Shown: piece after piece, positions 37,982-47,155 of the stretch | Numbering within the stretch: the stretch's first letter is position 1 | Layout of the letters: each line of letters begins with the position of its first letter | DNA from: Gemmatimonadales bacterium | GTDB taxonomy: Bacteria > Gemmatimonadota > Gemmatimonadetes > Gemmatimonadales > GWC2-71-9 | DNA length: 58,801 nt | Direction of reading: 5' to 3' | Assembly (NCBI GenBank): GCA_041580775.1 | Contig: JBFGDF010000004.1 | Span: forward strand, 1 to 58,801 | Made by a program: the position numbers and the translations under genes | Notes under the pieces: model-generated | What the model was told of the DNA's origin: nothing | What the model saw: the letters and a program-made list of their open reading frames with translations, nothing else | Database searches by the model: none

Positions 37982-39278
37982 GGAAGTCGTAGTCCGCGTT
38001 CCCCTCGAGCCGCACCCGCACGAAATCCCCCGGCCGCGCCCAGCCACCCCGCGCCACGTGGGTGACCCCGTCCACATCGTCCGCCTGCCACGGCACCCGC
38101 CCCACATGCGTCGCGCCGTCGGGGTCGGGATCGGTCACCTCGTCCACCAGCACGTCCGTTTCCCGCCCGACGAACCGCCCGAGGCGCTCTTCGGTGATGG
38201 CCCGCTGGAGCTCCATCAGCTCGTCCTGCCGCGCTCGCTTCACGTCGTCCGGCACGTCGTCCGGGTACCCCGCCGCGCGCGTGCCTTCCTGCTCGGAATA
38301 GGTGAACACCCCGAGGCGCTCGAACTGCACCTCGGCGGCAAAGTCGCACAGCACACGGAAGTCGTCGTCCGTCTCGCCCGGGAACCCCACGATCGTGGTC
38401 GTGCGGATCGCGAGGTCGGGCATTGCCTCCCGCAGTCCCCCCACGGTCGCGCGAATCGTGTCCTGGCGTTCCGGCCGCCGCATGCGCGCGAGCATGCCGT
38501 CGGCGGCGTGTTGGATGGGAATGTCGAGATACGGAACGAGCCGGCGCTCGCTTGCCAGCAGCGCCACGAGCCGCTCCGTGAGCCCCGCCGAGTATACGTA
38601 CAGCAGCCGGTACCACGGCACGGCGGTCTCGCGGAGCAGCGCCTCGAGCAACTCGGGCAGCCTGGGGCCTTCACGTCCGAGGTCGCGCCCGTAATGTCCC
38701 AGGTCCTGCGCGACGAGGTTGATCTCCTTCGCGCCCTGCGCCTCGAGCTGCTGCGCCTCGCGCACCAGCCGTTCGAGCGGCTCGGAGCGATGGCGTCCGC
38801 GCATGAGCGGGATCGCACAGAAGGCGCAGCCGTGATCGCACCCTTCCGAGATCTTGAGGTACCGCACGTGGGGCCCGTCGCCCAGGTACTGGCGCACGCC
38901 CGGATGGTGGGTGAGCGGATCGGCAATCAGCCCGCGGGCGGCGAGCTCGGGGGCGAGTTTGTGCAGGTCGCTGAACCCGAGGAACAGATCTACCTCGGGG
39001 ACCTCCTCCCGCAGCTGCTGGTGATAGCGCTGCACGAGGCAGCCCACCGCCACGACGGCTTTGACCTGGCCGTCCCGTTTGAGACGTGCGGCCTCGAGCA
39101 TGGCCTCGACCGATTCCCGCTTGGCCGCATCGATGAAGCCGCACGTGTTGACGAGCACGACGTCCGCCGTCGCGAGGTCCGCCACGACGCGCGCCCCGTG
39201 GCCGACCAGCTCGCCCACGAGCCGCTCGGAATCGACCGTGGCCTTGTCGCAGCCGAGGGAAACGACCCCGAGCTTCAC
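37947..39278 (-). CDS. rimO: Ribosomal protein S12 methylthiotransferase
   Basis: SLGCDKA.VDSE, NTCGFI, radical SAM CDHGCAFC, GFPGET, TRAM domain. Confidence 0.95.
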   Translation of the reverse strand: MKLGVVSLGCDKATVDSERLVGELVGHGARVVADLATADVVLVNTCGFIDAAKRESVEAMLEAARLKRDGQVKAVVAVGCLVQRYHQQLREEVPEVDLFLGFSDLHKLAPELAARGLIADPLTHHPGVRQYLGDGPHVRYLKISEGCDHGCAFCAIPLMRGRHRSEPLERLVREAQQLEAQGAKEINLVAQDLGHYGRDLGREGPRLPELLEALLRETAVPWYRLLYVYSAGLTERLVALLASERRLVPYLDIPIQHAADGMLARMRRPERQDTIRATVGGLREAMPDLAIRTTTIVGFPGETDDDFRVLCDFAAEVQFERLGVFTYSEQEGTRAAGYPDDVPDDVKRARQDELMELQRAITEERLGRFVGRETDVLVDEVTDPDPDGATHVGRVPWQADDVDGVTHVARGGWARPGDFVRVRLEGNADYDFRAVALDDAARR

Positions 39279-39775
39279 CGATAGTTGCCGAAGGACAGCT
39301 CGATGCCGAAGTCGCCGCCCCGCAGAAACGCCATCACCGCCTGCAGCTCGTCCTTCGACGGCGCGGAGACGCGCACCTGATCCCCCTGGATGGCAACCTG
39401 GACCTTCTTGAAACCCTGTTCCTTGATCGCCTTGACGATGGTCTTGGCGGTCTCGCCCGGGATGCCCTGCGTGATGCCAATGGTGCGCCGCACGTGCCCG
39501 CCGGCCGCGGGCTCGATCTCGCCGACGGCGAGGTTCTTCACCGGCACGCCGCGCTTGATGAGCCGTCCCTGCAGCACGTCGAACAGCGCCTTCATGCGGT
39601 AGTCGTCGTCCGCTTCGAGCCGCAGCTCCGGCTTCGCGCGGTCGAACGTGATCGTGCAGTGGCTGCCCTTGAAGTCGTACCGCTGCGCGACCTCTTTGGT
39701 GGCCTGATTGACGGCGTTGTCGACCTCCTGGAGGTCGGCGCCGGTGGTGATATCGAACGAGGACGTGGCGGCCAT
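39275..39775 (-). CDS. yajQ: YajQ nucleotide (c-di-GMP)-binding protein
   Basis: SFDI, EVDNAVNQ, RYDFKG, IQGDQVRV, F.NYR. Confidence 0.93.
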   Translation of the reverse strand: MAATSSFDITTGADLQEVDNAVNQATKEVAQRYDFKGSHCTITFDRAKPELRLEADDDYRMKALFDVLQGRLIKRGVPVKNLAVGEIEPAAGGHVRRTIGITQGIPGETAKTIVKAIKEQGFKKVQVAIQGDQVRVSAPSKDELQAVMAFLRGGDFGIELSFGNYR

Positions 39776-39827
39776 GGGGCAAATATACCGGGGAGCGGGG
39801 GGTGGGAAGTGGGACCGCCGGGAACGA

Positions 39828-39864
39828 CCGGGTCCCGACGCGGCTCGCCCGCACCGGGACCCGG
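39828..39864 (-). terminator. Long hairpin after the sigma factor gene
   Basis: CCGGGTCCCG/CGGGACCCGG 10-bp perfect stem, extendable to 16 bp with G-U pairs on the minus strand. Confidence 0.55.
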
Positions 39865-39886
39865 AGGAACGAGCAGCGCCCCCACG

Positions 39887-40744
39887 CTACATGAGGAAGC
39901 TCTCCAGGGCCCGTGCCCGGCTCACATGACGCAACCGGGCCAGCGCCTTCTCCTTGATCTGCCGCACGCGCTCGCGCGTGATGCCGAGCATGCCGCCGAT
40001 CTCCTCGAGCGTCATCGGCTCCTGGCCGTCCAGCCCGAAATACAGCCGGAGGATCCGCGCCTCGCGGTCCTTGAGCGTGGACAGCACTTCCTCGATGGAC
40101 TCCGAGAGGGCGTGCTCGAACGTCTCATCGTCCGGGCCGGGATTCTGCGTGTCGGGCAGGTAATCGAGGAGCTTGTTGTCCTCACCGGGCGTGAGAGGGG
40201 CGTCGAGGGAGAGATGGGCCTGCGAGATCGACATGGTCTTGGCGACCTCTTCCTCCGAGATGTCCATCCCCTCGGCAATCTCTTCGACCGTCGGTTCGCG
40301 CCCGAGCTCCTGGAGCAGCGCCGACGAGCGCTTGCCGATGCGGTGCAGCGTGCCGGCCCGGTTCAGCGGGACCCGCACGATCCGGCTCTGCTCGGCGAGG
40401 GCCTGGAGAATGGCCTGCCGGATCCACCACACGGCGTAGGAGATGAACTTGATACCCTTCGTCTCGTCGAACTTGTGGGCGGCGCGAATGAGGCCGAGGT
40501 TGCCCTCGTTGATCAGGTCGGCGAGGCTCACGCCCTGGTTCTGGTATTTCTTGGCGACCGACACCACGAACCGCAGGTTGCTGCGCACGAGCTTGTCGAG
40601 CGACTCCTCGCAGCCTCCCCGAATGCGCTGGGCGAGATCGACTTCATCCTCGCGCGAGATGAGCGGATACTGGCTGATCTCCCGCAGGTACTGATCGAGC
40701 GATCCCTCGTCGGATGAAATCCGACGCGCCGAGGTCATTCGCAT
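39887..40744 (-). CDS. Sigma70-family factor (RpoD/RpoS-like, lacking region 1.1)
   Basis: YLREI, NLRFVVSVAKKY, DLINEGNLGL, KFISYAVWWIRQAI, TLEEIG...TRERVRQI; start could be 40756. Confidence 0.93.
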   Translation of the reverse strand: MRMTSARRISSDEGSLDQYLREISQYPLISREDEVDLAQRIRGGCEESLDKLVRSNLRFVVSVAKKYQNQGVSLADLINEGNLGLIRAAHKFDETKGIKFISYAVWWIRQAILQALAEQSRIVRVPLNRAGTLHRIGKRSSALLQELGREPTVEEIAEGMDISEEEVAKTMSISQAHLSLDAPLTPGEDNKLLDYLPDTQNPGPDDETFEHALSESIEEVLSTLKDREARILRLYFGLDGQEPMTLEEIGGMLGITRERVRQIKEKALARLRHVSRARALESFLM

Positions 40745-40900
40745 GCGGGCGGGCATTCCTCCTCGCTCACCGACTGGAAGTGCGGGCCGCGCGCGGCGGC
40801 ACGACGGAGCGGCAGGGTGGCGCGGGCACCGCAGACGCAGGTGGCGTCCGCGGCGGCGTGCTGGGGTTCACGGGAAGACGAAGTGGCATCCCGGTTTACG

Positions 40901-41149
40901 TTAGTCAGGGCCCGTGAGCGGCGCAATGGTCACCGACCAGCCCCGCGGGGTGGCCCACGCGGCCAGGGACCGGCGCAGGGCCGCCCGGGACCCCGCGTGC
41001 TCGAGGGTCGCCGCCACGCAGGCGGCCGCGTCGCCCCGGGCAAACTGCGCGCGCAGCAGGTGTGCGCCGGGCAAATCGGCGAGCGCCGCGGCATCGAGCG
41101 GCGCGCCGCCGGCGCTGAGAATCACCGCGAGCGTGGTGCGCGGGGCCAT
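40901..41149 (-). CDS. Small hypothetical protein
   Basis: Alpha/beta-like composition; -10-like TAGCAT 5 nt before the ATG. Confidence 0.45.
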   Translation of the reverse strand: MAPRTTLAVILSAGGAPLDAAALADLPGAHLLRAQFARGDAAACVAATLEHAGSRAALRRSLAAWATPRGWSVTIAPLTGPD

Positions 41150-41218
41150 GGACCATGCTACCGGAGGCGCGCGCCGCCCCCGCCACGATTCCTACGCACG
41201 GCCCAGCGGTGCGCCGCG

Positions 41219-42580
41219 TCAGCCCTCGCGCACCAATCCGTACTTCTCGATCTTCTTGTAGAGATTGCTCCGCGGCATCTGCAGCTGGCGCGCCGTCTCG
41301 GACACGTTCCAGTCATGCTCGCCCAGCTTGGCGATCAGGAACGCCCGCTCGGCCTCCTGCTTGAACCGCTCGAAAGTGTCGCACGACGCGAGGTCGCCGA
41401 GCGTCGCGTCGCGCGCGTCACCCAGGGTGCGGCGGACGTCGTCGGGGGTCACCGTGTCTCCCGACGTGAGAATGAGCAGGCGTTCGACCGCGTTGCGCAG
41501 CTCGCGGACGTTGCCGGGCCAGTCGTGCGCCCCGAGGGCCTCGAGCGTGTCGGGCGGGAACGCCTTGGGCGGCAGACCGTCGAACTGCCCCAACTCGGCG
41601 ACGAAGTATTCGACCAGCAAGGGGATGTCGCCGCGTCGCTGGCGCAGCGGCGGCACGGTGATCGGCACCACGTTGAGCCGGTAATAGAGGTCTTCGCGGA
41701 ACCGGCCGGCCGCAATCTCGTCCGGCAGCGACTTGTTGGTGGCGGCGATGACGCGCACGTCCACCTTCACCGACTTGGCCGCCCCGATGCGCGTCACGAC
41801 GCCTTCCTGCAGCGCGCGCAGCACTTTCGCCTGCGCGGCGAGGCTCATGTCCCCGACTTCGTCGAGAAAGAGCGTCCCGCCGTCCGCCTGCTCGAACTTG
41901 CCGGTCCGGTCGGCGAACGCTCCGGTGAACGACCCCTTCATGTGCCCAAACAGCTCACTCTCGATCAGCTCGCTCGGGATGGCGGCGCAGTTCACCTCGA
42001 CGAACGGCTTGTCGTGCCGCGGCGACCCGCGGTGGATCGCCCGCGCGACGAGCTCCTTGCCGCTGCCGTTCTCACCCACGATCAGGACGCGCGCCGCCGT
42101 CGGGGCCACCTTCTCGATCACGGCGAGCGCATCGTGGATCGGGCGGCTCTCGCCGACCATCGCATAGCGGTCTTCGAGGTCCGCCCGGAGCCGCCGATTC
42201 TCGGAGGACAGGGAGATGTGCTGCAGCGCATTCCGCAGGGTGAGCAGCACGCGATCGGTATCGAGTGGCTTCTCCAGAAAATCGTAGGCCCCCAGCTGGG
42301 TCGCTTCCACCGCGGTCTGAATGGTGCCGTGTCCGGAGATCATCACCACCTGAGCCCCGGCGTCGAGCTGCTTCAGCTTGGCGAGCGCCTCGAGCCCGTC
42401 CATCCCCGCCATCTTCACGTCGAGGAACACCAGGTGCGGGCGGAACTCGGGGTACTGCGCGAGCGCGTCCGCGCCGGAGGCCACCGTGCGGACATCGAGG
42501 CCTTCGTACTCGAGGAGCTGGCGCATCGCCTCGCGGACGCCTGATTCGTCGTCCACCACCAAGACGCGTTGTGGCATCAC
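41219..42580 (-). CDS. Sigma54-dependent response regulator (NtrC/NtrX type)
   Basis: REC (VVDDE, LDVKM), GENGSGKE, GSFTGA, FLDEVG, WPGNVREL, C-terminal HTH. Confidence 0.93.
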   Translation of the reverse strand: MMPQRVLVVDDESGVREAMRQLLEYEGLDVRTVASGADALAQYPEFRPHLVFLDVKMAGMDGLEALAKLKQLDAGAQVVMISGHGTIQTAVEATQLGAYDFLEKPLDTDRVLLTLRNALQHISLSSENRRLRADLEDRYAMVGESRPIHDALAVIEKVAPTAARVLIVGENGSGKELVARAIHRGSPRHDKPFVEVNCAAIPSELIESELFGHMKGSFTGAFADRTGKFEQADGGTLFLDEVGDMSLAAQAKVLRALQEGVVTRIGAAKSVKVDVRVIAATNKSLPDEIAAGRFREDLYYRLNVVPITVPPLRQRRGDIPLLVEYFVAELGQFDGLPPKAFPPDTLEALGAHDWPGNVRELRNAVERLLILTSGDTVTPDDVRRTLGDARDATLGDLASCDTFERFKQEAERAFLIAKLGEHDWNVSETARQLQMPRSNLYKKIEKYGLVREG

Positions 42581-43233
42581 TCCGTCCGTCGGAAGAAGGT
42601 CACACCCTCGGCGGCGATCCGGATCTCGCCCACGGTGACCGGCACCCGAATCGGGATCACCCCGTCGGTCCCCCCGGTGAGGCGGTCCACCATGCGCGAT
42701 ACGAGCGACGCCGGGAACGGGAACGCGCGGATGGCGACCTCGTCCGGCCGCCAGGCCACGACGCCGTCGATGGCGACCGCCGCCGGTCCCGCCATCCGCA
42801 GCGGTTCACGTTCCGCCACCACGCCCGAGAGCGGGCCCAGCAGCTCCCGCCCGATCCCGTCGGTGCGCACGGCGGCCAGCAGCGCGAACCGGTCGCGGGT
42901 CAGCTCCACGCGCAGCGAGTCGAGCGCGACGCGCGCCACCGGCTCCAGACCGTCGGCGATGAGGGCCGCCATCTCCTCCGCCGTCAGCACCACCGAGCCG
43001 GGCCCGTCGGCCCGCGCCAGCCGCGCTTCCTTGGCGCGGGCGCTGCGCAGCGCGGCCGGGCTCGGCACGCCGACCGCCCGCGCCGTGTCCGCCGTGATCC
43101 CCGGCATCCGGCCGAGGAGGCGCGTCACCTGCCGCCCGAGCGGCGCGCGATACTGATACCCCACCACGGCGCCCACGGCTACCACGGTCAGGCACCCGAT
43201 CATCGCGAAGACGTTGCGCAGGCAGCCCGGCAT
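42577..43233 (-). CDS. Hypothetical membrane-anchored protein
   Basis: N-terminal GC..TM anchor then a beta-rich body; coupled to thpR and the regulator. Confidence 0.6.
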   Translation of the reverse strand: MPGCLRNVFAMIGCLTVVAVGAVVGYQYRAPLGRQVTRLLGRMPGITADTARAVGVPSPAALRSARAKEARLARADGPGSVVLTAEEMAALIADGLEPVARVALDSLRVELTRDRFALLAAVRTDGIGRELLGPLSGVVAEREPLRMAGPAAVAIDGVVAWRPDEVAIRAFPFPASLVSRMVDRLTGGTDGVIPIRVPVTVGEIRIAAEGVTFFRRTE

Positions 43234-43793
43234 CACGCGCTCCCCAACGGCACCCGCTGCCGCACCGTGTACTGCGCCCCGGCCGGGGACAGCCGGCTCT
43301 CCATCAGGTCGACGGACTCGACGGCCACCGTGGCGGTGTACGCGAGCCCGCTCACGACATCCGCCAGCCCCGGCATGCGCGCGCGCGCGTCCCGCCTGGC
43401 CCGGCCGAGGGTCAGGTGCGGGCGGAACGGACGGCCGTCCACCGGAAACCCCAGCGCCGCGCAGGCCGTCTCCACCCCGTGCTGCAGCAGCTCGAGCGCC
43501 GGCACCGGCTCGCAGCCCACCCAGACGACCCGCGCGCGCTCGGGGGTCGGGAAGGCCCCGAAGCCTCCGATGGGCAATGGAAACCGCCGCGCAGGCGCGC
43601 AGGCGCTCGCCAGCGCCGCCCGCACCCCGGGCTCGCGGCCGGCGTCCACCTCGCCGAGGAACTTGAGCGTCAGATGGATGCCCGCGGCCTCCACCCACTT
43701 CACCGGAAGCTCAAGCTGCCGCAGCGGCTCCGCCGCGCGGAAGATCGCCTGGCGCACGTCGTCGGGCAGGTTGATGGCGACGAAGAGCCGCAC
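43233..43793 (-). CDS. thpR: RNA 2',3'-cyclic phosphodiesterase (2H family)
   Basis: RLFVAI, two HLTL motifs, S.L...G..Y. Confidence 0.92.
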   Translation of the reverse strand: MRLFVAINLPDDVRQAIFRAAEPLRQLELPVKWVEAAGIHLTLKFLGEVDAGREPGVRAALASACAPARRFPLPIGGFGAFPTPERARVVWVGCEPVPALELLQHGVETACAALGFPVDGRPFRPHLTLGRARRDARARMPGLADVVSGLAYTATVAVESVDLMESRLSPAGAQYTVRQRVPLGSA

Positions 43794-43795
43794 CG

Positions 43796-44623
43796 CTACG
43801 GCTGCTCGCCGAGCAACTCGACGTCCGGCGCGCGCCGGTCCAACAGACTGCCACTGCGGTACCCGGCCCGGTCCAGCGTCACGCGCCCGAACCCGAGCGC
43901 GAGAAGCTGCTCCACCACCGTCGCGCGCGCGTGCCGCACGAGTTCCAACTGATCGGGGCGCACCTCGATTCGGGCTTCGTCACCCGTGTGGCGGACCCGC
44001 AGATCCCCGGCGATCCCCAGCGCGCGCAGCGCGTGCTCGGCGCCTTCGACCTGGTGCAGGCGGGCAGGGGTGACCTCGAGGCCGTACGTGAGCCGGCTCG
44101 CAAGGCATGGTGCGGCCGGCGCGTCCCAAATGGGGATCCCCAGCTGCCGGGCTTCGTGCCGCACGTCCTGCTTCGTGTACCCGGCCTCGCGCAGCGGCGA
44201 CCGAACGCCGGCGGCCGCGCCGGCGGCCGTCCCCGGCCGGTGCTGGCCGGCGTCGTCGCCGTTGGTCCCGTCGACCACGACCGCGAACCCGCGGGTCGCC
44301 GCGAGCGCGCCCAGCCGCGTCCACAACTCGCGCTTGCAAAAGAAGCAGCGGGTGGGAGCATTCGCCACGTACCCCGGGTCCGCCAGCTCGTCGGTTGCGA
44401 TCTCCTCGAGCGGCACGTCGAACCGGCGTGCCACCGCCCAGGCCTGCGCGCGCTGCGCGGCCGAGAGCGACGGACTCACGCCGAGCGCCGCCAGCATCCG
44501 CGCGGGCCCGAGGACCCGGCGGGCCACGACGGCTACCAGCGCCGAATCGATTCCCCCCGAGTATCCCACGAGGACGGACGGATAGACGGCAAGTCGTTGA
44601 GCGAGCGGAGAATCGGTGTCCAT
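43796..44623 (-). CDS. larE: LarE-like ATP-dependent sulfur transferase
   Basis: PP-loop SGGIDS, RCFFCK, DGTN.DD..HRPG, PCLASR, RVRH, GYRSGS. Confidence 0.88.
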   Translation of the reverse strand: MDTDSPLAQRLAVYPSVLVGYSGGIDSALVAVVARRVLGPARMLAALGVSPSLSAAQRAQAWAVARRFDVPLEEIATDELADPGYVANAPTRCFFCKRELWTRLGALAATRGFAVVVDGTNGDDAGQHRPGTAAGAAAGVRSPLREAGYTKQDVRHEARQLGIPIWDAPAAPCLASRLTYGLEVTPARLHQVEGAEHALRALGIAGDLRVRHTGDEARIEVRPDQLELVRHARATVVEQLLALGFGRVTLDRAGYRSGSLLDRRAPDVELLGEQP

Positions 44624-44630
44624 GGCCGGA

Positions 44631-44677
44631 AATATAGTGGCCCCGCGCTTACCCGGTTTTCAGTGGCCGAGTATACT
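44631..44677. promoter_or_regulatory. Back-to-back -10 elements for larE and the hybrid kinase, both apparently leaderless
   Basis: Minus-strand TATATT 7 nt before larE ATG; plus-strand TATACT 6 nt before kinase ATG; no SD. Confidence 0.6.
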
Positions 44678-44683
44678 GTACGG

Positions 44684-47155
44684 ATGCGGTTCCTCAAGGC
44701 CGTTCTGGCCGCCCCCGCCCGCTGGCTGCGCCCCGGCACGTCGCAACGCATGACCGTGGTCGCGACCGGGCTGACGTTTCTCCTGCTCGCGGCAGTGGCC
44801 TCGCTCGTCGAGCGGCAGCTGCTTCACCTGCAGCTCGAGCGGCAACGGACCACCCTCCAGACGACCGTCCACCCCTACCACGAGGCGCTCGAGCAGGCGA
44901 TCGCCCGCCGCCTCGATGCCCTGCCGGCCATGCGTGCCTTCCTGGAGTCGGGACCGCCCGGCCCGCGCTGGCGGGACGACCTCGACGCGTTCGCCGAAGG
45001 ACTGCACTCCAGCATCGAAGGCATCCGGGCCCTGCAGTACGTGCACGGCGGCATCATCCGCTACACGTCGCATCCCGAGGAGAACCGCGCGGCGGCCGGG
45101 TACAACCTGCTCGCCGATCCCCGGGAGCTGATCCGCCGGGACGTCCTGCGGGCCCTGAACTCGAACACCGTGGTCCTGTCCGGTCCCATCGATCTGCTGC
45201 AGGGGGGACGCGGGCTCGTCGCACGGCTCGCGACGTTCCCGCGCGACGACCCGCGGTTCGGGCTCGTGGCGGTCGTGATGGACCTGCAACCGCTCTTCGT
45301 CGAGGCCGGGCTCGCCGACCCGGACGACGCCTTGCTCAAAGCGGTCCGCGATCGCGAGCGCAAGGTCCTGTTCGGGCCGCCGGACGTGTTCGCTCGTGAC
45401 CCGGTGACGATTGCCGTGAATCTACCGGACCGGTCGTGGACGATCGGCGCCGTCCCGGCGGACGGCTGGCACGCCCCCTCGTCGGCGGTGTGGTCCGTGC
45501 GCGCCGCGCTCGCGATCATCGTCGCGCTCGGCACCGTGATCGCGGCCCTGATCTCCAGCCGGCAGGCCCAGCTCCAAGCGGCGGTCGCCGCCCGCACGCG
45601 CGCGCTGACCGCCAGCAATGCGGAGCTCGCGGTCCGCATGGAGGAGATCCGTACCGCGGAGGCCGCATTGCGCGAGCAGCACCAGCTGCTCCGCGCGGTC
45701 GTGGAGGGCTCGCCCGACCTCGTCCTGGTCAAGGACGCCACCAGCCGCTACGTGCTTGTCAACCAGGCGGCCGCCCGCGCCATCGGCCGGCCGGTCAGCG
45801 AGATCGTGGGCCGCACGCCGGAGGATCTGTTTCCGCCCGAGTTCGCCGCCGACGTGCGGGCGACCGATCAGCGGGTGCTCGAGACCCGCGCCCCGGTGAC
45901 CCGCGAACGCCGGCTCAAGACGGCCGATGGCGATCGCACCTACATCGTGGCCCTCCACCCGTGGCTCGCCCCGAGCGGGGAGGTGTCCGGCACGGTCACC
46001 GTCGCGCGCGACGTAACCGAGCGCCTGCTGCTGGAGACGCAGCTGCGACACGCCCAGAAGCTCGACTCACTCGGCCGTCTGTCCGGCGGCATCGCGCACG
46101 ACTTCAACAACCTGCTCACGGCGATCATGGCGAACGCGCACCTGCTCGCCGAGAGCCTGCAGGACGTGGCGCCCGCGCTGCTCCCCGACGCCGAGGCCAT
46201 CCAGGCCGCGGCCCACCGCGGCTCGGAGCTCACCCGCAAGCTGCTCGCGTTCGGCCGGCGCGACCTGCTCGAACGCAAGCCGACCGACCTCACGGCGCTG
46301 CTCGACGACAACGGCACGATGCTGCGTCGGCTCGTGCCCGAGCGGATCGACTTCGCGGTGGAACTGCCCGACCAGGCGCTCGTCGTCCGGGCCGACCAGG
46401 GCGCGCTGGCGCAGGTGTTGCTGAATCTCGTGGCCAACGCGCGGGACGCGCTGACGGAACACGGCCGGATCACCGTGTCCCTGACGCGCGTCACGCGGGG
46501 CGACCGCGCCGCGGCCCGTCTCGTCGTGGCCGACACCGGCATCGGGATGGATGAGGCCACCCAGGCCCACATGTTCGAGCCGTTCTTCACGACCAAGCCA
46601 CCCGGCCAGGGGACCGGTCTCGGCCTCTCGATCGTGTACGGGCTCGTGCAACGGCACGACGGGGTAATCGACATCACGAGCGCCCCAGGACGGGGCACCG
46701 CCGTGACGATCGAGCTGCCGCTGATTGCGGGCGCGGCCACCACCAAGGGACCCGCAGACGCGCGCGTCGCCCGAGGGCGTGCGGAACACCTTCTGGTGGT
46801 CGAGGACGAAGACGCCATTCGGGAGTCGCTGCGCCGGCTCCTCGTGCGACACGGCTACCGGGTGGACGTGGCAATTGACGGCCAGGAGGGACTGGACGTC
46901 CTGCTGCGCACGCCGTCGATCGCGCTGGTGGTCAGCGACATGATCATGCCACGCATGAGCGGCATGGAACTGTGCCGCACGGCGCGAGGGCACGGCGTGC
47001 GCATCCCCTTCCTATTCACCACCGGGTACACGGGCGGCACGGGACCAGACGGCGGCCCCCCGGTCGACGGCGAGCTGCTGCCCAAGCCGTGGCTGCCGCA
47101 GGACCTGCTCGTCAAGATTCGAAGCATGCTCGATCGCATCACGTCGGCGGTATGA
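44684..47155 (+). CDS. Hybrid sensor histidine kinase (TM-CHASE-TM-PAS-HisKA-HATPase-REC)
   Basis: CHASE-like SGPIDLLQGG; PAS; GGIAHDFNNLL; NLVANARDA; FEPFFTTK..GQGTGLGL; REC VSDMIMP. Confidence 0.92.
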   Translation: MRFLKAVLAAPARWLRPGTSQRMTVVATGLTFLLLAAVASLVERQLLHLQLERQRTTLQTTVHPYHEALEQAIARRLDALPAMRAFLESGPPGPRWRDDLDAFAEGLHSSIEGIRALQYVHGGIIRYTSHPEENRAAAGYNLLADPRELIRRDVLRALNSNTVVLSGPIDLLQGGRGLVARLATFPRDDPRFGLVAVVMDLQPLFVEAGLADPDDALLKAVRDRERKVLFGPPDVFARDPVTIAVNLPDRSWTIGAVPADGWHAPSSAVWSVRAALAIIVALGTVIAALISSRQAQLQAAVAARTRALTASNAELAVRMEEIRTAEAALREQHQLLRAVVEGSPDLVLVKDATSRYVLVNQAAARAIGRPVSEIVGRTPEDLFPPEFAADVRATDQRVLETRAPVTRERRLKTADGDRTYIVALHPWLAPSGEVSGTVTVARDVTERLLLETQLRHAQKLDSLGRLSGGIAHDFNNLLTAIMANAHLLAESLQDVAPALLPDAEAIQAAAHRGSELTRKLLAFGRRDLLERKPTDLTALLDDNGTMLRRLVPERIDFAVELPDQALVVRADQGALAQVLLNLVANARDALTEHGRITVSLTRVTRGDRAAARLVVADTGIGMDEATQAHMFEPFFTTKPPGQGTGLGLSIVYGLVQRHDGVIDITSAPGRGTAVTIELPLIAGAATTKGPADARVARGRAEHLLVVEDEDAIRESLRRLLVRHGYRVDVAIDGQEGLDVLLRTPSIALVVSDMIMPRMSGMELCRTARGHGVRIPFLFTTGYTGGTGPDGGPPVDGELLPKPWLPQDLLVKIRSMLDRITSAV

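Noticed and set aside
40863-40905. ECF-type promoter (AAC...CGTC) upstream of the sigma70 gene
   Set aside because: Spacing of 13 or 19 nt does not fit the usual 16-17 nt.
43931-44683. N-terminal extensions given by the ORF track (hybrid kinase, and likewise rimO, lnt, prmC, CsgG-like, oxoprolinase)
   Set aside because: The extensions overlap neighbouring real genes; downstream starts have RBS, -10 or stop/start-overlap support.
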